Below are positions 36,976 through 46,813 of a stretch of DNA of 64,000 nt, one piece after another (position 1 is the first letter of the stretch; every line of letters begins with the position of its first letter). Under the pieces are notes generated by a model, which did not search any database, had not been told where the DNA came from, and saw only the letters and a list, made by a program, of their open reading frames with translations. This DNA is from Rhizodiscina lignyota (taxonomy: Eukaryota). Where the stretch lies: NCBI GenBank assembly GCA_010015805.1, contig ML978121.1:930001-994000 (forward strand), written 5' to 3'. The translations under genes and the position numbers were made by a program.

Positions 36976-38206
36976 GAGAGATTGTGTGGGGAAAGGTTTC
37001 GTGGCCTCATCAAAGAAGGATGTGGGGAACTCGGATCAATGTCGGAGCGTTGATTCATTTCATCGAGTGCGCTATAGTGATTACGCGTGAATTAGTGGTT
37101 GAATTCACTCAGTCAACATCACATTTCTCTCCGCGGAACCACTACTATTCATATATCTGATACAACTCTGTAGGATTATCAGACGACGCAATCGCCAATT
37201 GCTACATTTGTAAACAGAGACTGAAAGACACAAAGGATGTCGGGGTAGAGGACTTCGCCAATTTGTCCTGTTGATTTTCCTGTGGTTGGCCGGAAGAGTG
37301 CCCAACGCCTGGCAGTGCTCCAACCGCAGCACCAACGTACCCGGCGGTCTGTGGAAGTTGTCTATGCCACTACAATGGGCTACCGCTAACACACCTCGAC
37401 TCGTCCATACGTAACCATCTACAGCTGGAAATGCTTCTCAGCATCATCAACATCTGGCGATGATCAGAGCGACCACAGCGTAGATATGGAATATAGAAAC
37501 ACGTACTTAATTGAACAGATGTGAGACTATATAAAGATCCACGATAGTACCAACAAGCTCCTGATATTTCCTTGCTCTTGGACCATTCAACTAAATACAG
37601 GCGATCGGACGTCGAGTCGAGTATCAATTGCCGATGCCTGCCACTGCCAGTAGAGATAGACAGTGACCGCTTATAAATTAGTATATCGGAATTCAGAATA
37701 CCTGACGACCACTTTCTTTGCCCTCAACAAGTCAAGCTTGATTACGATGGTCTTAGAGCTAGAGGCATCCCTTCCAGCACTTGATTCTAGTCCGGATGTC
37801 CCTTGCAGACACAGACGGCACATCTTCATTTAGTTGTGCAATCCGCAATGCACCTTTGGGGTCAGACTGTGTCCATTCTGAGGCTGAATTACTTCCATTG
37901 ACAGCTATGTATCAAAGACGAAGTTCGATAGGACTTCAAGGCCTGTCTCGGTTTGGTCTGCGGAGTAGTGAGATTCACGGCATAATCTAGACGATCGATG
38001 ACACAGAGAATACACTCGCTAGATTAATCTTCGTCATTGTGCGCGAAAAACCTGAGAAAATAAATTTAATGCCATGTTCTGAGTTGTTCCTGACAAGGTG
38101 AGGTGGAGCTCGCCGGGACGAGCTTGCAACTTCGCATATTTCCTGAAATTCTCTAGCTTCAATTCCGTCCAAGGCGTCACGTTCGTCATTCATCGGCGCC
38201 TCCAGA

Positions 38207-39050
38207 ATGAATCGACACGCTCTCATAACGGAGAAGAAGGGTGCTGGCCCTGAGAAGAGCGACCAGAAAGCGCCTCCATCACCGGCGCCGTCGCCCTCGG
38301 CCCCAATCACAACGCTCGACAGTGGCCTCGCGCGCATCTATACTCATCTCCACCCACTGCTGGTTCTGTCGCTGTTCTTCTTTCGCTTCCAAGCAACAGT
38401 AGAGGATCCGGTGACTACTCTCACAAATGGACTGGCCCCACTTGGAATCCTGCAGATAATCTACGTGGTATTATGTCTACCTGCAACGGGCAGCTCCACG
38501 CCGTCGAGTGCCGCAAAGCCTACACCAAAACCCAGTAGAGGAAAGAAAACGCAGGCCGGTAAGGGCGATGGTGGAGTTGCAGGCAGAACTGTCGTATGTA
38601 TTCGAGAATATGCAAGTCTTCTCTCTACTAACCTTTGGTGTTCAGCCGGCGATGTTATCCCACCTTCTCACCACTTTGCTTGCAACGCCCCTGCTCACCA
38701 TAATCCTCATCCTCTTCGGCGCGCCAGTGACATCCAAATTGTGGGAGACTCTCCTCTGCGCTGCGCATATGTCCGCTCTCGCTATCATGCCGCTCGTTTA
38801 CGTACACGGCGTGGACGAAGGGAGATGGTGGGAAGTCGCCAGTCTGATGAGTCCAGTTGATGAAGTATTTGGTGCGGCGATTGGGACAATGGTGGGAGCT
38901 TGGGCGGGCGCTGTGCCTATTCCGCTGGACTGGGACAGAGAGTGGCAGAAGTGGCCGGTCACGATAGTCACGGGCGCATACATGGGCTGGGCGGTCGGGA
39001 AGCTTTTGGGAGGCACACTGTTGAGAGGCAAGAGAATAGATTTGGGATAG
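38207..39050 (+). CDS. GPI11: GPI-anchor biosynthesis protein PIG-F/Gpi11
   Basis: Signature GAWAGAVPIPLDWDREWQKWP and ILFGAP; intron 38594..38645 joins the two ORFs. Confidence 0.92.
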
Positions 39051-39199
39051 AGGCAATGGAGAAGAGCGCATGTATCACTTCAAGGACTGCAGTTGAATTG
39101 GATCGGATCGATTGAACGTTTGTTTGATTTCCTCTATATACATGCTGTGCGAACGACAAAGATCGAGAGCGACGCGCCATCACCACATCTCCGATGGAT

Positions 39200-40132
39200 C
39201 AAAAAGAAAGAAAGTGAGGTACCAACCTGTCGACAAGATACTCAGGGCGCCATGTCCTCCCGGCGAGCAGTGAGGGCCAGCCTGTTCGAGAATGTCAGCG
39301 ACGTGAGCAAGCAGAAGGGGCGAAGACAACTTACCCAGGCAGCATATTGAATGCACCGCCGAAGCCCAAGAGCCGCCCGTAGGCCGTCTGCCTGTTTCGG
39401 TCACGCTCGCCGCCGATTCGATCACTACTGAGACACACATTGGAGCTCGCCGCCGCGGAGAAATGCCCAACCAATTTCTTGGTTGGTGAAAACCCCTTTG
39501 TGACTGTCCGCAGACGTCGGGATTTTAACTGACAGTTGCAAGATGTTTATTGTCCAGCAGGCTAGGGACAGACCGCGATGGTCGGAGGCGATTGACAAGA
39601 GGCTGAGCTCACAAGTGTAGCTTCAGAGCCGTCCTCGTTCCGCGCGGTCCATGCCATCATTGCTCAGGTGCTGGACGGTCTCGGCCCCCTTCCCAAACCG
39701 CAGCGGACACACCTCACTTGACGTAGCAAGTGTGGTGGAGCTCCAGATGTGATCAATATGCCGTGACTCTCAGCCACCAACCTCTTGCGCGCGCCGGCAT
39801 TGAGGTGTGATGACTGATCACGGAGGTCTTCGCGGGGGTACAGCGAAGACCAGAAATGTTAAGGGACAAATACCTGCTACCACCACTTGCAATGCAAGCA
39901 GTGGGTGGAGCAACGTGGGTAGAGATCTGTAGTGCGTGTGTCAGTACAAGAGCTTGGAAAAAAACAAAACAAGCAAAAAACAAGTGCGTGTGGCTGATGG
40001 CGCGCGCTCTGAGGGGAGAAGGAGATCAATCCATTCAAGCTAAGAAGCTATCATCTGGAATGACTCTGCGCAAAACCCAATGCAAGAGAGGTGTTGGAGT
40101 TGTGTGAAACCTCCATGGGTTTTGGCACAACT
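39200..40132 (-). ncRNA. Candidate unclassified structured, spliced non-coding RNA with an snRNA-like promoter (3' end uncertain)
   Basis: U2-identical TATA 15-mer at 40184..40170; no credible ORF; at least 8 hairpins including GAAA and C(UACG)G tetraloops on the minus strand; canonical intron 39334..39282. See findings. Confidence 0.5.
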
Positions 40133-40169
40133 GAGGGAGAAAAGAAAAGTTGAAAGTTTGAAAGAGAGG

Positions 40170-40184
40170 GAAGTATTTATACTC
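40170..40184 (-). promoter_or_regulatory. TATA element identical to that of the U2 gene
   Basis: Minus strand reads GAGTATAAATACTTC, then about 40 nt of pyrimidine-rich sequence to CTC|AG at about 40132. Confidence 0.65.
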
Positions 40185-41891
40185 GCGAAGGTCGAGACGC
40201 ACGGAGCACATGAACTCAGCGCGACGTCATGAATGCCGCGGAAGCCGTGGTGTGGCCGGGAGATTACACTTCAGTGTCATGGTGTTGCTAGAGGCAGCGC
40301 GCGGAGGCCAGCTTCCCATTGGCTACAAACGCCCAACGCTCAAGATCAAAAGACTAAAAACTGGAGAACTGGGGCCACTCGAAACGCGCGGCGCTTAAAC
40401 TTTGTAATTCTTCGTGCAGCCATCGCAGATTGGAGGCGAAAAGCGGTGTTTTGGGGGCTTTAGCTTGCGATCAGGATTGGATTGATACGACGAATGCCAC
40501 GATTTCGAAGAATGAGCTCTGCTTCTTGGAAGGCCATCAACATTCTCAACGAAAATCGGATAATCTATCAAGCGGAACTCCATGCCTGCTCATGGGGAGG
40601 TCTCTCTCTCTCTTCGTACGCGTGCTAAGTGCCACTAGCGCAGCCAAACGAAGACGCGACATGAAGATACCCGACCGCACAAGGCCAAATATTGGCTTAT
40701 TTCACATGTTTACTTCACGCGTTTTACCAGATGGTGTTCATCTATCACCGTGCTGTTGATCTTGTACTTCGCTGGAACGGCTGACGCGACTTTGCAGCGA
40801 ATACGTCGAAATTTATGAAACTACGCATATCCACTACTTCTCTAACATCTTGGGCACCCAGTTGTCAAATCTAAATTCAATATTTCTCATGTGGAGGTTT
40901 GCAATGTTGCTCTATGGATTTTGGGTCGCTGGAGACATTCACTCGAAGTCGTGTCTTGGCAGCGGAAATCGCCGCTCTAAATGGAGCAGCTCAGCAACGC
41001 GCAAATGCAACAGTCCAAGGAACCGTTATGGACATCTCTTAGCCACGGTGTGTGCAGCATTAAACTATCTGTCTTTTAATGATTTCGACAGTATCGAGTA
41101 TTCTCAGAGTGTCCTCCACTGGTTACTCTTCGGATGCTTGAGTATCATTCCGAACTGTGACACGAATCTCTCCCTGGTTTCGCGAGTCTAAAACGACGTC
41201 TCAATCATGTCCGATCTTTCCTTTCCGTCCTTATAACTTCTATTATGATCCCGGTAGTCTTCTGATGCTTTCCTCGTCGTGGGCTTAATTTAACAAGATT
41301 GTCTGGAGCTTTCCAGGTGCTCGCGCGGTGATACAGCTCTACGTTTCGAGTTGTTGAGAGGTCTAAGAGGTGGATACGGTGAATCGTTTGATCGGAGATT
41401 AGAGAAGTGGTTAGAGGAGCGAGCAGAAGAAAGTGTATCAGATTCCCTGTTGGTCATCTTTACCATATATACCCTGCAAAGCAGCATAGACCCAGAGACC
41501 GATGCCACACCGGCACTGCGAGCTCATCTGCGCAATTATTTGCCGCGGAACAGAATCCACGGAATGCATATGGAGTGGTTGTCATCTCCCAAGACTTTCG
41601 TGGCTGAGGCAGGAATCGTACTCGTCATGGTGAATGTAAGCAAACGGGTGGCCATGGCTGCTTGATTCAGCGTGTAATACAAGATGCGTATTGCTACCTA
41701 TTAAGATATTCCACATGTTGTACCTCTCTGCTGTGATTATAACATCCATAGCACGTGGCTTTACATCCCGCTTAGAACAGCTACAATGTTAAGCCCTTCA
41801 GGCATGTCTGACAAGATATCCTCTGCCACACACAGCAAGTACACAGCAAGATATTTGATCTCTGCAAATACTCCAGCAACTATGATCACTT

Positions 41892-43397
41892 TTAGTCATC
41901 AGGCTCATCAACCAAGTCCGGGACGTCGTCATCATCATCATCATCACCTTCAGCTTCACTTGCATCTTCCCAGTCGCTGCCATTACTACCTTCATCCTCA
42001 TCAAGCTGAGTGTCATACTCGTCCACATCGCCGTGCATCCAACCCACTCGCATGCCGATCCCATGGACGTACACCATTCGATCCGCGAGGTCCTTCAAGT
42101 ACTCGTCCATTTCTGTCCCCTCATATTCAATGGTATGCGGGCAGGTGCATCCAACTCGCATTTCCAGCCACGACCGGTGAGCCATGAGCATCATGCCCGC
42201 GTTGTCTTCGTCGGTACAACTTTTCATGCAGAACTGTTTCAAGCGGAGTTTCTCCCGGAAGAAAGGCACGTCATCCTTCCAGGTATTGTGGAGCTCCACA
42301 GTATGGAGATGAAGGCCTTCGAGCGAAGATGCGAACAGGCCCACGAAGCCGCGCATAACGGAGTTCTCCAGGTTGTCCGCATTGTTGATGAAGAGCTCCT
42401 TCACGGGTGGGTGCTTGATCGAAGCTAGATCGTCAGATGGGCCGAGGAGGTGCTTGAATGCATCGTCATTGTTCATGAGTCCGAAATCGAGGTGTAGTAT
42501 TTCCAGGTTCTCTGCGCATTCTAGGAACTGATGAAAAGATAGCCGATAGAGCCGCAAGCTTAGCGAATCAAGGTCGACGTTCAATTGCAGCTGAGTGAGA
42601 TTCTTCAATGCTACTCGCAAGTCGGGCAGGCGGTGGTCTGGACAGCAAAATATGTTCGGTTCAAATGAAATCTGGTCTCCTTGTGTGTTGGGAGCTCCCA
42701 TGGCGAATCTGGTGATGGAGGCTTTGCTCTCGGCCACGGCGCGCCAGAGAAGCTGGAAAAGGCCCATTCCCAGATGTTGGATACGGTAAAGCGATTTGCA
42801 GGGCCGGAAGTAAGTTCCACAGGCGCGATTGAAAGCAGACTTGCCCAAGCCTCTGGGCCAACGCTGCAGGCCTATGCTCTCACACTTGGAGAAGTTTTTG
42901 AGCGCGTGGCAGAATGCCGAATACACGGTTCCACCAAGGTCTACAGAGAGAAGGTAATGTTGATCCAGAGCGAATCGCTTGTACGCAGCCAGGTGCTCCG
43001 GGGCAATCGCAGGACGCATCCCGTCATCGTCGTCATCCATATCGTCCATTTCATCGTCATCTTCGTCGTCGCCGACTGGGTCGGAGAAGAAAGCGAGGCT
43101 GATGACCAGCTCACGTACCACAGATGAAAGCCTTGGGTGGTTCGAGATTTCAGTCAAGCGCTGTAGACCATCCCGCGTGAGCAGGACCTGCAGGTGAGAA
43201 AAGTGAGTTCGTGCAAAGTCATGGAACGTCTTCTCCTCCAGTGCCCTGCAAACGAGGCGCGTCGAGCATTCGTCTTTACGATCTAGAAAGTCAACATTGA
43301 TGATGGATATGATCTCTTCTGGAAGAGTGTCGAGTCTCGGAGTTTCACGCGTGTCTGCCACGGTGCTGGTCTCGAATATGTCAGAAGCGGTGGCCAT
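41892..43397 (-). CDS. F-box-like protein with LRR-like middle and acidic tracts
   Basis: Intronless 501-aa ORF; N-terminal LDTLPEEIISII...STRLVCRAL; LxxLxL units (LKNLTQLQL, LEILHL, LEGLHL); D/E-rich insert and tail. Confidence 0.7.
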   Translation of the reverse strand: MATASDIFETSTVADTRETPRLDTLPEEIISIINVDFLDRKDECSTRLVCRALEEKTFHDFARTHFSHLQVLLTRDGLQRLTEISNHPRLSSVVRELVISLAFFSDPVGDDEDDDEMDDMDDDDDGMRPAIAPEHLAAYKRFALDQHYLLSVDLGGTVYSAFCHALKNFSKCESIGLQRWPRGLGKSAFNRACGTYFRPCKSLYRIQHLGMGLFQLLWRAVAESKASITRFAMGAPNTQGDQISFEPNIFCCPDHRLPDLRVALKNLTQLQLNVDLDSLSLRLYRLSFHQFLECAENLEILHLDFGLMNNDDAFKHLLGPSDDLASIKHPPVKELFINNADNLENSVMRGFVGLFASSLEGLHLHTVELHNTWKDDVPFFREKLRLKQFCMKSCTDEDNAGMMLMAHRSWLEMRVGCTCPHTIEYEGTEMDEYLKDLADRMVYVHGIGMRVGWMHGDVDEYDTQLDEDEGSNGSDWEDASEAEGDDDDDDDVPDLVDEPDD

Positions 43398-44643
43398 GGC
43401 CGTTGTACGCTGCTCCGGAAGAATGATTCAAGGAGCTTGTATCCACTTCGAGACACGGATTTGCCGAGCCTCAGAGCTTGCAAGCTGCTGTGGTAGTGCC
43501 GCTCAACAAAAGACAGGATAAGCCACTCAAAGAGTGATGTTTCGATTTCGTAACTATCAAAAGTAAAACTGCAGCTTCGTAGATATTTAATGGGGAACTG
43601 CCTGAAATGGTAGTCGCAAAGAGGACGGCTTGGAGTCAAATGGAGAAGATGGCCTGACAGGAGCGTGAAAAGCGCCAAGCAAGGCGTCTTGACGTGGTCG
43701 GGAAAATGTCGCAATCTGGCTTCAGACAAATTCGTGCCAGAGGAGAATCAAGGTAAGGCGTGGCCTCTGGTCGACGAGCAGGAGTCAGATTGGCCTTGCG
43801 GGTTGGTGTCGCTCAGTGCGAGAAAGAGACGAGACGAAGCAAGCGTGCGGTCGCGCCAAGTTGCCTCTTAAAGAGCAACAGCCTCGTGTTTAGACGGCAT
43901 TCGAACAAAGAAAAGAAGCAGTGTTATGTGCTCGCTACAGTCTGCTTCAATGGCAGAGCACTTCACAGACTCTTGAGGGCGTCAAGCTTGTTGGTGGCGA
44001 TACAAACCAACTGCATGGGCGACGAGCGTGCCGCGGTGGGTGTGGTGAGCAACGGGTGCCCGCACTGCTGCTCGCATTTCATCACACCGCCGTCGTCGCT
44101 CCCCCGCCTCGCATGCTCTCATCTCAGTCCTGCTGCATTCTCTACGCAGACACACCTCATTATTATACCCTCGATGCTATTTTGAACGGGCCAAGAGGCG
44201 AGATTGAAGGGTGACAAGTCGGACTTGACTATGGATATGCGTTAGCGAATGGGGCCTTTTCCGTGCCTGTCAGCTGGCCAGGCTTGGGGGCACCCTGCAC
44301 GTCAGCCCTTCGAGAACGAGCAACTTCTTCTTCAGCTGAAATTGCCCGTCGCCATGAATCCAAATATTTTCACCCTTCGCGCCGCCTGCGACCCGTCCTT
44401 TCATTTCTCCCTCATGTCGCTTTACTTCGCTTCAATTAAATGCGCATGCTTTCGTTTCATCTAGCTCCAACCTCTTGCTGATCTCTTGCTATTTTTACGA
44501 GCGTTCGCAGAACTCAGCCTCCTTCCGCTCCGTTGTGGAGCCAGCACGCGGGTAGCGTGTCTGCCGTGTGAGACGTCGATCATTTAATAGTCTCCCTTAG
44601 ACTCGAGAAAGGAGTCGGCTCTTTAAACATCGGCGGAGTCGCA

Positions 44644-46320
44644 ATGCGACCCATTGCACGCCGCAACATGCCTCTCAAAAATCGCGCGACGGTGGTGCCG
44701 GCGCCGTACGTCGCCGCGCCGACACAGCAGTTCGATGGAAACGATGGCCAGTGGTCGACGTTCGCGATCAGCGTTGGAACTCCAGGACAAAGTTTCCGTA
44801 TCCTCCCTTCCACTTCCGGCTCAGAGACATGGATTCCAGTGCCTCAGGGCTGTACATCCAGCGACCCAGACAACTGCGCGAGTCTGCGAGGAGCAGATCC
44901 TTTCAATGGTCGGGCGAGTTCTGGCTTCCTCACGAACCAGTCGAGCACATGGGACGAGATTGGGCTATACAGTCTGGATCTAGAGGCGAACCTGAACTAC
45001 ACAGGCAATGGGTTGTACGGGTACGACACAGTGGCGTTGGGATCACCTTCAGACTCATCGAGGCTGTCGGTCAACCATTCTGTCGTGGCAGGAATCGCCG
45101 ATAAGGACTATTTCTTGGGCATATTCGGCCTGGGCAATCGACCGCTGAGCTTTTCAAGCAGCGCCAACAACTCGCAGGGCTTCTTGCAATTAGCGAATGA
45201 TGCGAGGGAGGTCCCAAGCTTGTCGTTCGGTTACACTGCTGGTGCTGTGTATCAGAATAAACAAGTACCAGGAAGTCTCGTACTGGGCGGATATGACTCG
45301 TCTCGCTTCACCGCAAACGACATGTCTTTCTCATTCGCTAGCGCCGACGCGAAGGCCCTGACAGTCGGCGTGCAGAGCATAATAGCGGACAACACACTCC
45401 TTGGTACTGCCTCTTTTACCGAAGGCAGCGGTGGCTTTCTCGCTGTCGTAGACTCCACAGTTCCCTACCTCTTCTTACCGAACCAAACATGCGACACCAT
45501 GGCAAATGCGCTGGGCCTTACCTTTGATGAGACGACAGAGCTCTACACCATCAACGACACCATGCATTCAAAACTCAAATCCCTCAACCCATCGTTCACC
45601 TTCAAACTCGGAAATACCGCGTTTGACAACGGTAATTCAACAAACATCCAACTTCCATACGCGGCATTCGACCTGCAAGCGTCATGGCCAATATATCAAA
45701 ACCCAACAAACTACTTCCCCGTTCGCCGCTCACAAAACGACACACAATACACCATTGGCCGCGCTTTTCTCCAAGAAGCCTACCTAATCGTCGATTACGA
45801 ACGCACAAACTTCTCCATCAGCCAAGCAGTCTTCTCTGATCCAATGCCCCCATCCCAAATCGTCAGCATCATAGAGGCATCCCTCTCAAACGACGACTCT
45901 TCCTCGTCGTCATCATCCCTCTCTGGCGGCGCCATTGCTGGTATCGTCATCGGCGCCATCGCAGGCGTCGTCCTCCTCGCCCTGGCCGGCTTCCTCCTCT
46001 TCCGTCGCCGGCGCGGCGGAAAGAAGACACCCGAGCTCGAAAACACCGAGGTCCACCACATGATGGATGGCGGCGCGTACAGGAAGGTTGCGGCAGATGA
46101 GGAAGGTCAGACGGCGGAGCTGGACGGCGCAAGAAATGTTGCCGAGATGGAGACGCCGACCGGCACGATGATGTCGATGAACAAGACAACGCCGATGACA
46201 CCCGCTGCGGAGATGTCTGGGGAGAGCACGGTACAGAGACATGAGATGGAGACGCCGCCAATTAGGTATGAGATGGAGGGCGATACCCCGAACAAGCCGC
46301 ATCCGTCGGTATCGGGATGA
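44644..46320 (+). CDS. Membrane-anchored pepsin-fold protein lacking the first catalytic Asp
   Basis: GTPGQSFRILPSTSGSETW (S where D is expected), GSLVLGGYD, VDSTVPY, IGRAFLQEAYLIVDYE, TM helix GAIAGIVIGAIAGVVLLALAGFLLF followed by RRRR. True start and signal exon unresolved. Confidence 0.8.
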   Translation: MRPIARRNMPLKNRATVVPAPYVAAPTQQFDGNDGQWSTFAISVGTPGQSFRILPSTSGSETWIPVPQGCTSSDPDNCASLRGADPFNGRASSGFLTNQSSTWDEIGLYSLDLEANLNYTGNGLYGYDTVALGSPSDSSRLSVNHSVVAGIADKDYFLGIFGLGNRPLSFSSSANNSQGFLQLANDAREVPSLSFGYTAGAVYQNKQVPGSLVLGGYDSSRFTANDMSFSFASADAKALTVGVQSIIADNTLLGTASFTEGSGGFLAVVDSTVPYLFLPNQTCDTMANALGLTFDETTELYTINDTMHSKLKSLNPSFTFKLGNTAFDNGNSTNIQLPYAAFDLQASWPIYQNPTNYFPVRRSQNDTQYTIGRAFLQEAYLIVDYERTNFSISQAVFSDPMPPSQIVSIIEASLSNDDSSSSSSSLSGGAIAGIVIGAIAGVVLLALAGFLLFRRRRGGKKTPELENTEVHHMMDGGAYRKVAADEEGQTAELDGARNVAEMETPTGTMMSMNKTTPMTPAAEMSGESTVQRHEMETPPIRYEMEGDTPNKPHPSVSG

Positions 46321-46813
46321 TGGAGGCAGACTTGGGGTGAAGAAGAAGAAAAGCCAGTCCTTCCTACGAAAGCGATCTTGTTGACGATATCTGGTCTCTT
46401 CTGATGCCACAATGCCTGCCTGCCGGCGGGACCACACGTCGCGTCATTTCCAAGGAGAAGCTTAGCCTCGAGCTGGTCTGCGTGGCCGATTGACATCGCA
46501 ACACGACTGCGGATGTAATGACCGATATGATAGTCTGATATGTTCCGGTGTAAATAGGGGAAACCGTTATGCATATGATTTAATGCTGTACTAATAGCAT
46601 AGGCGATATCATTCTAAGGCGCTTCATAGCTTCTGCTTGTTTTACTGAGCTGGTGTATAGTTTGAGCAGCCTATTCTGTTACATCTTTCTATCTTAAAAT
46701 GACTGCTATCGCATACATTCGGAAAAGTCTATTGAATTCTCTTGAACCATTTCAGTTGTATCCAATCTCGGTGCTCTTTTCTCACTGTAGGTATCTTTCA
46801 TAAAACGCGTAAA

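Noticed and set aside
39200..40132. Assigning the structured unit as telomerase RNA, RNase P/MRP or snR30
   Set aside because: No CUAACCCU template, no exact CR-I/CR-V motifs (GGGAAGGGGGCCGAGAC is only loosely RNase P-like), no m1/m2 motifs; left unclassified.
40760..41665. Two plus-strand ORFs (113 and 104 aa) that may be remnants of one gene
   Set aside because: No recognisable domain or convincing splice sites linking them.
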